Of a stretch of 64,000 nucleotides of DNA, positions 1-9,845 are shown piece after piece. The notes under the pieces are model-generated. The model saw only the letters and a program-made list of their open reading frames with translations. It did not search any database and had not been told where the DNA came from. Origin of the DNA: Macrostomum lignano (Eukaryota); NCBI GenBank assembly GCA_002269645.1, contig NIVC01002429.1, forward strand, positions 1 through 64,000, given 5' to 3'. Position numbers and translations under genes: made by a program. Positions within the stretch are counted from its first letter, which is position 1. Every line of letters begins with the position of its first letter.

Positions 1-727
1 TTCATAACGCCTAGAATTCAGCATTTTTGATGAAAATCTCTTTTCGGCGATGCAAAGTCCCTGGCTGGCAACAAAGACCCCGGAGCAGGAAGGAAACCAT
101 CTGGGTTATTTGAAAACACGGACACGGTCTGCAAGGCTACATTGAGACGGTTACAAACCGAGCTCTACTCGGGTCCAGGTGCGCGGGTCAAGTGAGGCGG
201 CGGAAGGCCTTCCCGGTCCGCGTGCCGCCAGCCACTCGGCTGCTCTTCTTTGAGACCGATTTACCGATTTTCTGTTTTTGACTTTTGGCTTCCCCGCTTC
301 TTCCGCCTCGTTTCCGCGGCCCAATTTGTCCGACGGCGCTGCGGCCTTGGCAACCAAAAGGGAGCCCAGCTCAGACTCAGAGCTCCGATCCCTAAGGGAT
401 TGCGGGCCGCCGTTTATAATTCGCTATTTTAAACAGTCAATATGCTAATTTGGCACCTGGAGTCCCGCTTTTTAAAAGAAGTCAAATGCTTCTTTAAGAG
501 ATAACTTCTATGGGGGTTGAACGCAGATTAATTGGGAATCCGTGGAAGATATGCAAAAAAGACTTGACAACTGGCCTGGAATCTTCCGGGCATCATCCTG
601 CACCCTGGTATCTAGCGGAACTTGACGTCACAATTTATCAATTTGCTTTTTTCTCACCACCCATCCTGTCTCAATGCTTTTCCTTCTGCCCATCCTCTTG
701 TTTCATATCTTTCTCCCATTTTATCCA

Positions 728-1322
728 CCTCTCTACCTTTCTCTACACCTCTCTACCTCTCTCTACACCGCTCTACCTTTCTCTACACCCCTTTACCTTC
801 TCTACACCTCACTACCTTTCTCTACACCCCTCTCCGTTTCTCTACACCTCTCTACCTTTCTCTACACCCCTCTCCATTTCTCTACACCTCTCTACCTTTC
901 TCTACACCCTCTCCGTTTCTCTACACCTCTCTACCTCTCTCTACACCTCTCTACCTTTCTCTACACTCTCTACCTCTCTCTACACCTCTCTACCTTTCTC
1001 TACACCTCTCTACCTCTCTCTACACCTCTCTACCTCCCTCTACACCTCTCTACCTTCTCTACACCTCTCTACCTCTCTCTACCTCTCTCTACACCTCTCT
1101 ACCTTTCTCTACACCTCTCTACTCTCTCTACACCTCTCTACCTTTCTCTACACCTCTCTACCTCTCTCTCTACACCGCTCTACCTCTCTCTACACCTCTC
1201 TACCTTTCTCTACACCTCTCTACCTTTCTCTACACCTCTCTACCTCTCTCTACACCGCTCTACCTTTCTCTACACCCCTTTACCCTTCTCTACACCTCAC
1301 TACCTTTCTCTACACCTCTCTC
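728..1322. repeat. Pyrimidine-rich tandem repeat of 10-bp units (CTCTCTACAC / CTCTCTACCT / TTCTCTACAC)
   Basis: Directly visible tandem array; it explains the low-complexity ORFs 510-1397, 622-1359 and 674-1345. Confidence 0.95.
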
Positions 1323-1960
1323 CGTTTCTTGTTCACTTGCAATAATTACACAAACCTAGTTTGCAAGTTAATAACTGAACAAAGTTATTTAAACTGAATT
1401 ATATATTTTTTTCGATCCAGTCATTAGCCTTACAGCTAGCTAGTCTAAACACTGAATTGGAAGAGACAGACTGTAAGTGAATGGAAGGAGACACAGAGAG
1501 AGATGATATACTTGCAGTTTTGGCTCCACCCCTGGGGGCAAACTTTGGCCAGACTACTTGAAAACAAACTTGCACAGTCCCGGGCCGATCACTGAGCTGG
1601 TGCTTCAGCTTCCTTGCGGTCTTGCACAACTGCAGTAGTATAAGTAGTAGTATATAGTTGAATATATCGCTGTTACTTAGCACCGGTTCCTTCCTGCATG
1701 TAGGCTAACTGCCGCCTTAAACCCCTGAGGCGAATTCCCTGTGAGCAGGGCTGCAGAGTAAAGGGATGAGAACAGCTGAGGATGCATTGTTCCCTTCGAT
1801 CCCACTATTTCCGGTTCTCCCAAAGACGCGCTTTCCCGAACCTGGGTAGAGAATTAAAAATTAAGGCCTTAGATATTTTCTCTGTTTTAAACTTTAAATA
1901 CTTACTCTTCTCAGTTGCAGAGCCTGGTTCCTTTTAGCCTGTTTGACTTGCGTTTTATGC

Positions 1961-2610
1961 GGGCTACCAGGGGTGACAGGAGTAACAGGGGTGACAGGAG
2001 TACCAGGGGTGACAGGGCTACCAGGGGTGACAGGAGTACCAGGGGTGACAGGGCTACCAGGGGTGACAGGAGTAACAGGGGTGACAGGAGTACCAGGGTG
2101 ACAGGAGTACCAGGGGTGACAGGAGTACCAGGGGTGACAGGGCTACCAGGGGTGACAGGAGTACCAGGGTGACAGGGCTACCAGGGGTGACAGGGCTACC
2201 AGGGGTGACAGGAGTACCAGGGGTGACAGGAGTACCAGGGGTGACAGGAGTACCAGGGGTGACAGGGCTACCAGGGGTGACAGGAGTACCAGGGGTGACA
2301 GGGCTACCAGGGGTGACAGGGCTACCAGGGGTGACAGGAGTAACAGGGGTGACAGGAGTACCAGGGGTGACAGGAGTACCAGGGGTGACAGGAGTACCAG
2401 GGGTGACAGGGCTACCAGGGGTGACAGGGCTACCAGGGGTGACAGGAGTACCAGGGGTGACAGGGCTACCAGGGGTGACAGGAGTACCAGGGGTGACAGG
2501 GCTACCAGGGGTGACAGGAGTAACAGGGGTGACAGGAGTACCAGGGGTGACAGGAGTACCAGGGGTGACAGGAGTACCAGGGGTGACAGGGCTACCAGGG
2601 GTGACAGGAG
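1961..2610. repeat. 18-bp minisatellite (GGGGTGACAGGAGTACCA / GGGGTGACAGGGCTACCA), about 36 units; left part of an array interrupted by LTR element 1
   Basis: Tandem units are visible and the array resumes at 11259. Two units have GGG instead of GGGG (2096-2098, 2167-2169). Confidence 0.97.
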
Positions 2611-3440
2611 TGTCATGAATGTGTTATTATGACTGTGTGTACTTTGCTACTTTGCTACGCCGGGCCAGTCGGCCGTCCTCTCCCCCCTCCTTAGATATTT
2701 TCTGACTCACCCCTGCACTTCTGCGCGTGCGTACCCCTCCCCTCCCTGCCTAGACCTTTTCTGTTGAGTCAAACCCCCCCATGCTCTGCGTGCGACCCCC
2801 CCCCTGTGCGACCCCGCCCCATTATTTTGTTAGCTTTGCTGCCCCGCCCCTGTTTGTGATTGGCTGCCAGTCCCAGTCTGCCGTGCTGCGCCCCGGCGAT
2901 TGGCTGGTACAGCTCATGCGTTGCCTTGGCTGATGTCTAAGCCCCCTTTTCTGCCTTTATCCCGCGCCCTCGACCCCCAGTTTGCTGCCTATTTATTCGG
3001 CCCCTTGAGACCCCATTCTCGTCGTCTTCGTGGCTCCTCGGCGATTGTGCCAGCGTTGGTTGCTGAATTGCTATTCCTCGCAGAATTGCTAGACAAATAT
3101 ATAAGTAAAGAATATCGAGATCACCACTGCTCTGACGGCGCTGTTTCTTGTACGACTGAAATCGCGGCTGGTAAGCCTTCCAATTTGTACGTCATTTGGG
3201 TCTGCATCTGTACTAGGCACCTTAGAGGGATTAAGTGCGTCGTACGCCGGTCCCACCCCAAGCAGCTCTGCGTCGTACGCGAGTCTGTAGGCTGTCGTGC
3301 GTCGTACGCTCGAGCAGCCTAGTCCCGACGGACACCGCGTCGTACGCGTGTCAGTGGAGGACCGCAGCCAGGGTCAGTACACGAACCCGGGTCTGGGAAA
3401 GGGGCACGAAAGGACCGAGCCCTTGAGCCCCATCATCACA
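2611..3440 (+). repeat. 5' LTR of element 1 (830 bp)
   Basis: Starts TGTCATG, ends CATCACA and matches 10420-11258. Contains two GATTGGCTG (reverse CCAAT) motifs and TATATAA at 3098-3104. Confidence 0.97.
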
Positions 3441-3443
3441 AAT

Positions 3444-3461
3444 TGGCATCCTTGGTGGGAC
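3444..3461 (+). promoter_or_regulatory. Primer-binding site of element 1 (probably tRNA-Arg type)
   Basis: TGGCATCCTTGGTGGGAC lies 3 nt after the LTR. Its complement GTCCCACCAAGGATG-CCA fits a tRNA T-stem/acceptor 3' end with a G discriminator. The Arg assignment is inferred from recalled tRNA-Arg ends. Confidence 0.75.
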
Positions 3462-3548
3462 CCTGCGCTGTGGAAGACTAAGCAAGGAAGAAAGCTCGAG
3501 GCGCGGAATATTGTGAGAAATTAAGGTTAGAAACTGTGACGCCGTGGT

Positions 3549-4624
3549 ATGGATGCTGGAGGTGCTGCTGGAGGTGCTGCTGGAGGTGCGGCTGGAGGTG
3601 CGGCTGGAGGTGCGGCTGGAGGTGCGGCTGGAGGTGCTGCTGGAGGTGCTGCTGGAGCCTTTGGTGTTAATGATCTGGTCGCCGCCTTGACTGCCCAGAT
3701 TCAGCAGAACATGCAGCAAGCGGGTGCCCTCAGGATTCAGAGGCCGGTGAAGTATGCTCCAGGAATGAATTTCGTGAAGTGGTTGAGGCTCTTCGTAGCT
3801 TATTGCGATGCCATGCAGATTCCGATGCAGAATCGGCGCGCTCAGTTGCTCAGCAACCTAGACTTCAGCACCTTCCAAGTTGTTGACAACATGAACCTTG
3901 GGACGACTTGCAGTTCGAAGAATTTACCCAGGCCTTGAGGGATAGGTTCACTATGCACCGTACCGTCGTCGACTACCGCACAGAACTGAGCAATAGAGAG
4001 CAGAGTGAGAAGGAGTCGGTAGAAGATTTCTCTGAAGCTGTGATTGAGTTGGTCGCAAACGCCTTTCCTGATGCGCCTGCCGATGTGCGCGATGATCTTG
4101 CGAAAGAGCGATTTATGCGAGGCGTCCGTGCGGGGGTGGCTGTGCGGGAGCGACTGTACATGAGCCAGCCGGAGACGTTAGCGGACGCAATGCGTCTGGT
4201 GCATCAGCTGGAAGCGGCGGTTAGGGCAAGTCATGGTCCACCAGGTCAGGTATCGAAAAGAACCGTTTGTGCTGTTACGACCGAGACCAGAAAGGAGGCT
4301 TCCGAAAGCAGTGAGGTCGAGATGCTTCGAAAACAGCTGGCGGCCATGGAGATGCGAATGAAAGAGATGGAGGAGCGGAGGTCTGAAGAAGCGGCAGAGC
4401 CGACCCCGGCGAGTCGGAAGGCTGTGCAGTGTTTTTCGTGTCGAGAGTGGGGCCATATCTCATCAAAGTGTCCGAAGAAGACCAGTCAGAAGAGTGAAAA
4501 CGGGAAATCGCCAGTACGATGTCACAAGTGCAACGGTGAAGGCCACCTATCCTTCAAGTGTCCGAAGTCGGGAAACGGGCCGAGGGGACCGACCGGGGAG
4601 AGTCGGGACCCTGCCAGGAAGTGA
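3549..4624 (+). CDS. gag: Gag of element 1, split by an apparent 1-nt deletion near 3900 (ORFs 3549-3938 and 3908-4624)
   Basis: ATG at 3549, Gly-Ala repeat N-terminus, capsid-like helical region and two CCHC knuckles (CFSCREWGHISSKC, CHKCNGEGHLSFKC). Adding one G to CTTGGGACGAC joins the two ORFs as NLGDDLQFEEF. Confidence 0.9.
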
Positions 4625-7600
4625 AGTCTCCCAGGAGCGAGGAACCGGGTTGCTCACTAACTCTGTAAATAAATCCAAGTGCGTCTCTGGTGATGGGAAT
4701 TCAAAGAGCAACCTGGTTCATGAGGCGTGTTCGTCGGTATCAACGGAGCCTCTGACAGTTTTTATTTCCGGTGCGGTTTCCGGCAAGCCAGTGGCTCTGC
4801 TGTTAGACAGTGGTGCGAGTGTGTCAGTGCTGAGCTGTGATGTTTTCCTGAGGCTGCCGCAAGAGGTGAGGGAGAGACTGACTGCAATGGACGGTTCCCT
4901 TTCAACGGCCAATGGAGGTGCGATGAGGATGAGAGGCTGCATTGTGCTGGACGTGGAGATTGGCGGCGAGCGGTGGTCAGCGAATTTCTTCGTAGTGGAC
5001 GGATTACGTTATGATGTCATTCTCGGGTCCGAATTTTTCAAACAGCATCGTTGCGTCATCAACTATTCAGAGTTTGTCTTTCGAGTGGGCGATGTTAGAG
5101 TTCCGATACGGCAGAAAGGCGAGCTGCCCGTGGTGTGTCGAATCAAAGCCGAGACAACGGTATTTCTGGAACCGGCGCAAGAAGTGATCATGCCAGCCAG
5201 GGTAGAGAAAAAGGGCGCAAGAAACTGCGGATCGGTCGGCATAACGGAAGAAAAGCCGGTGAAGGCCGCTGAGAAGGATTTGGCGCTGGCTCGAGCTCTG
5301 GTAGCGCCCGGCGTGGATGGACGGCTGCCGATGAGATTGCTGAATACGTCCAGTTGTAGGAAGAGGGTCAAGAAAGGAGAGACGATTGGCTGGTTTATTC
5401 CTTTGGAACCGAACGGAGGTATCAACGTGGTGCGCTTGGACGACGACGTAGAGGCCAAGAATGAAGCGGAGGCATGGGACCCGATCGAAGAATTCCGCGA
5501 GTGGGGTTCGTGTGGCCTGTCGGAGGAGGAGGAAGCCGACTTCAGGGAGCTGATTTCCCAACATCGGGCTGTCTTTGCTAAGGACTCCAAGGATCTCGGC
5601 GTACGACGGTGATGAAGCACGAGATCGACACTGGAGATGCCAGGCCTGTGAAAGAGGCGAGGCGGATTCCCCTACCTGCGGCAGGAAGTGGACAAGGAGT
5701 TGGATGACTTGCTGGAAGCTGGGAGAATCAGCGAGGTTCAGTCCCCATGGTGCTCTCCGGTGGTGTGCGTGAAAAAGAAGGACGGTTCCCTGAGGTTCTG
5801 TTGTGACTACCGGAAACTGAATGAAGTGACCAAGAAGGATGCAGTGCCGTTGCCCAGGACAGATGACCTGTTGGAGAGCCTAGGCGGTGCCAAGATTTTT
5901 TCGACCATGGACATGCAGTCGGGATACTGGCAGATGGCGGTGGAACCCAGCGACAGACTGAAGACGGCCTTTGGCGTTTCACACCGGGTACAGCAGTACG
6001 CCTGGAACGTTATGCCATTTGGATTGACAAATGCACCGGCTTCATTCAGCCGGCTAATGAATGTGGTGTTGGGGAAGTTGTGCTGGAAGACGTGTTTGGT
6101 GTATCTGGACGACCTGCTAGTGTGGTCACGAACGGTAGAAGAGCACCTGGAACGGTTGCAAACGGTTTTTCGACGGTTGCGAGCAGCGAACATCAAACTG
6201 AAGCCGAAGAAGTGCGCATTCCTGCTGAAGTCAGTGACCTTCCTGGGACACGTAGTGTCAGCTGATGGGATCGCCACGAGTCCAGAAAAGATTGCCGAAA
6301 TTCGTGACTGGCCAACTCCGAGGAATGTGAAGGAAGTAAGGTCATTCCTGGGACTGTGCGGGTATTACCGGCAATTCATCGCAGATTTTTCCCGCATTGC
6401 TGAGCCGATGCTGCGACGGACCCGACATGATTGCCCGTGGAGCTGGGATGAGGAGTGTCAAGCCGCATTCGAGGCCCTGAAGGAAAGGTTGCAGGGATCT
6501 GAGGTCATGGCGTTTCCAAACTTTGCGGAGGACGCTGGAGAATTCGTTTTAGACACAGACGGTAGCACAAAAGAAGGAATTGGCGCTGTGCTTTCGCAGG
6601 TGCAGAAAGATGGGAGTGAGAAGGTAATAGCTTACGGAAGCAGGACGTTGTCGCGAGAAGAACGGAATTACTGCACGACACGAGTCGAGTTGCTGGCCGT
6701 GGTGTTTTTCGTACAGAAGTTTCGTTATTACCTGATGGGGCGAGAGTTTCTAGTGCGCACCGATCACAGCAGCTTGAAGTGGCTGCATTCGCTGCGGGAC
6801 GTAGAAGGACAACTGGCCAGATGGCTGGAACTCTTGGCTCCGTACAGGTATCGCATCGAACATCGTCCGGGAGTGAAACATCAACACGCGGACGCTCTCT
6901 CCAGGAAGCCACGTCGGCGCCATCAAGGAAGCGAGAGTTGTCCTGGATGTGCACAAGAGCAGATCGGCGTGAACGCGTTGGGATTGCAGAAGTGGACCTC
7001 GGAGGAGATCAGAGAGAGCCAGAAGATGGACAGCGACATTCGTCAGGCGATGGAGCTGCTGGCTCACAGCGACGGAGAGATAACCGAAGAGCATTTGCGG
7101 CGCATATCACCGACGGCAAGGAGGATTGTCGAAAGACGTCGTGACCTTGAGGTGTCGGACAGTGAGGTGTTGCTGTGTCATACGGCCAGTAGACGTCAGC
7201 CGCAAGTGGTGTTGCCACGGAATATGCTGAGAGCGGTGCTGGAAGAAGCTCATGGTGGACGGAGTGGAGGGCACGTTGGGATTTTCAAGACCAAGGAGAA
7301 GGTGCGGCAATCGTTTTGGTGGCCGGGACTTGGCCGCGAGGTCGAAGAGCACGTAAAAGCCTGTTTGGACTGCACCAAGGCCAAAGCTGGCAAGAAACCA
7401 ATTGCACCGATGGAGCCGATTCCGAGTTCAAGCCCATTCGATATCGTGATGACGGACGTCATCGGGCCGCTGCCACGGAGCAAGAAAGGAAACTTCTACA
7501 TCCTCACGGTGCAAGATGCGTTCTCAAAGTGGCCTGACGCTTATGCCATCCGGAACCAGAAGTCGGCAACGATCGCAAGGGTGCTATTCGAACGCTGGAT

Positions 7601-8759
7601 TGCCAATCACGGGTGCCCCCGGGTACTTCACTCAGACCAAGGAAGGAACTTTGAGTCGGGGATCGTCAGGAAGCTGTGCGAGCTGTTGGGTGTGAAGAAG
7701 ACCAGGACGAGCGCCTACCACCCGAGTGGCAACGGACAGGTGGAACGATTTAACGGGTTCCTGAAGAACAGTTTGCGCACGTATCTGGTACAGAAGGGTC
7801 AGAACGCCTGGGAGGAGTACCTGCCAAGTGCCTTGATGGCTTATCGATCGACGGTCCAGGCGTCCACCGGTTACACGCCCTACTACATGCTGCATGGTCA
7901 GGAGATGCCGCTGGGATTCGAACCAGAGGACCTTAGGCGAAAGACGGACAGCTATCCCTTGTTTGTGCAAGAGATCCAGCAGAACCTGCTTCATGCCCAT
8001 GAACGCATTCGAGAAGGACGCGAGACGGTTCAGCGACGGCAGAAAATGAATTACGATCGGAAAGTAAAGGGCAAAGCGATTCAGAAGGGCGACTCTGTCT
8101 TGCTGTACTATCCGTGCTTGGAGATGGGAGAGAAAAGCAAGTTCCATATCAACTGGCGCGGCCCAGTGAAGGTCCTGGAGAAGCTGTCAGATGCGTTGTA
8201 CCGAGTGCAGGATCCGACACAGCCGCAGAAGACCAAGGTGGTGCACTTCAACAATCTCCGGCCGGTTCAGGGCCAGACGGAGGCGGCAGACGGTCAAGAG
8301 ACTAGAGAGGAAATTGGGAGGGCCAGTTCGGGAAAAACCAGGCCGCGACGTGATAATTCCACTGCTGGACGAAGCCGAAGGCAGAGAGTGCAACGGGGCG
8401 AGACCCAGAGGTGGACCGCAGCGCGAGGGCCGCAGGACCAGGAATCCGAGCAGGAAGATGAAGAGTTTGAAGATCTTCAGCTGCGGTTTCAAGATCCAAG
8501 AGATCACGCTCCACCGGACACCCGAAATCTGGCCGAAGACTGTGAGCCCGGACCTGAGCGTCGAGAAGCAGACGATGACGAAGAAGAGCACGACGATGAG
8601 TCGCGGTACGACGAGGAGCAGGACGAAGAGGATGAGGCAGAGCCGAACGACGCCAACGTACCCGAGCAGGAAGTGAGGACGGCACAGGAGGAAGCAGGGC
8701 GACCAAGACGTCTGCGGCGACCGCCAGATCGGTTTGGGGTCCCGGTGTACTACTACTGA
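4570..8759 (+). CDS. pol: Pol of element 1 (protease, RT, RNase H, integrase), with small frame disruptions around 5600-5680
   Basis: Protease LLDSGASVS; RT motifs PWCSP, LRFCCDYRKLN, DMQSGYWQ, MPFGL, YLDD; RNase H TDGS and VRTDHSSLKWL; integrase HHCC, DDE core (HSDQGRNF, GQVERFN), WRGP motif and acidic tail. The start coordinate is the predicted frameshift site. Confidence 0.93.
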
Positions 8760-8858
8760 AGAAGGGTCCGGTGTACGGCGCTTGGATAGCCAAAGGGGAA
8801 GGGAGGTACATGTCGTGCGTGTCTCATTGCTCATCGGAGTTAGGCCGGACTGTTACAG

Positions 8859-9845
8859 ATGGCGGACCTCTACGAGTGTCTTGGAGTGCAGCTGTGGGCG
8901 TCTGCGGCACAGATTCGGAAAGCGTTCTACGGTCGAGCACGCGAACTGCACCCTGACAAGAGCGCAACAGAGGAGACGCGAAAGAGATTCCAGGAGTGCG
9001 AAGAGGCGTACCGAATACTGTCGTGTCCGTTCCTTAGAAAGCTGTACGATATCTTTGGAAATGCTGTTCGTGACCGGGATGAGATGCTTCGGCTCGCAGA
9101 AGGGATGTTAGAGGATGAAGACATGCCCGACGATCTCCGAGAAGAGATAGAAAGACTACAAGAGAGCGACCGATTAGCTGAGGAGGCGTACGAGAGAGAA
9201 CAGGCGAGGAGGGATGAGGAGCACGTCAAGATGGAGGCAAGTGAGGAGGCCTCAGACGATGAGCAGGACGAAGAGATGAACGAGGCGAGTGAGACACTGC
9301 CGGAGGAGTACGAGGTCGAGAAGGTCTTAGGAGTACGAGTCACGGAGCGAGGAGCGGAGTATCTGCTGCAGTGGGCCGGTGTAGAGGAGCTTGAGACGTC
9401 ATGGGAAGCGGAGGAAGATTGTGCCGGATGTAGAAACCTGATTGAAGAATATCTGCAGAGAGCGTACCGGCTTCAGACAAGACCGTGCCGACCAGTGACC
9501 GTCGCGGAACTGGAGAACGTAGGACCCAGTCGGAAGAAACTGCACCAGGCAATGCGGAAGGGCGACCCGTGGGGCATCTTTGAGGTGCTGCTAGCCCTGA
9601 AGGGGAAGTGCGCCACTGCCTTGGTGGATTTCAAGGAATTCGGTCCGGAGTTGATGCTGCAAATCCTGGGCTACTTGGAGCGAGACGGTCGCAAGTATCC
9701 GGGGCACGGAGTTCGTCGGTGGAGTCGCCAAGCGTGTCAAGCTGTCTACATGTCGGTGATGGTGGTGTTCCCGCTGTTCGACCTGCGACGCCAGGGTTTG
9801 GTCCTGGGTGCCCTCCGTAGGCTGTGGGATTCGTGCTCTGACTGA
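8859..9845 (+). CDS. Accessory ORF3 of element 1: J-domain (HPD) + acidic/coiled linker + chromodomain + unassigned helical domain, 328 aa
   Basis: aa 2-67 DLYECLGV...IRKAF..RARELHPDK...FQECEEAYRILS...RKLYD is a DnaJ J-domain pattern. aa 150-199 EYEVEKVLG...YLLQWAG...TSWEAEEDC..C..LIEEY is a chromodomain pattern. The ORF is uninterrupted and lies inside the LTR boundaries. Confidence 0.9.
   Translation: MADLYECLGVQLWASAAQIRKAFYGRARELHPDKSATEETRKRFQECEEAYRILSCPFLRKLYDIFGNAVRDRDEMLRLAEGMLEDEDMPDDLREEIERLQESDRLAEEAYEREQARRDEEHVKMEASEEASDDEQDEEMNEASETLPEEYEVEKVLGVRVTERGAEYLLQWAGVEELETSWEAEEDCAGCRNLIEEYLQRAYRLQTRPCRPVTVAELENVGPSRKKLHQAMRKGDPWGIFEVLLALKGKCATALVDFKEFGPELMLQILGYLERDGRKYPGHGVRRWSRQACQAVYMSVMVVFPLFDLRRQGLVLGALRRLWDSCSD

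Noticed and set aside
510-1397. Three long overlapping ORFs (LYTSLP/STPLYL repeats)
   Set aside because: They are translations of a stop-free CT-rich tandem repeat, open in all three frames with no domain.
2900-3322. 140-aa ORF in the LTR (again at 10823-11140)
   Set aside because: It lies in LTR sequence with a non-ATG start and no motif, and its 5' part differs in frame between the two LTRs.
8700-8759. Shared RRxxRxRRPPDx(F/Y) tail in both integrases as a novelty
   Set aside because: To my recollection this basic C-terminal motif is common in metazoan Gypsy integrases.
8859-9845. ORF3 as an envelope gene
   Set aside because: It occupies the env position but has no signal peptide, furin site or transmembrane helix; the domains are J and chromo.
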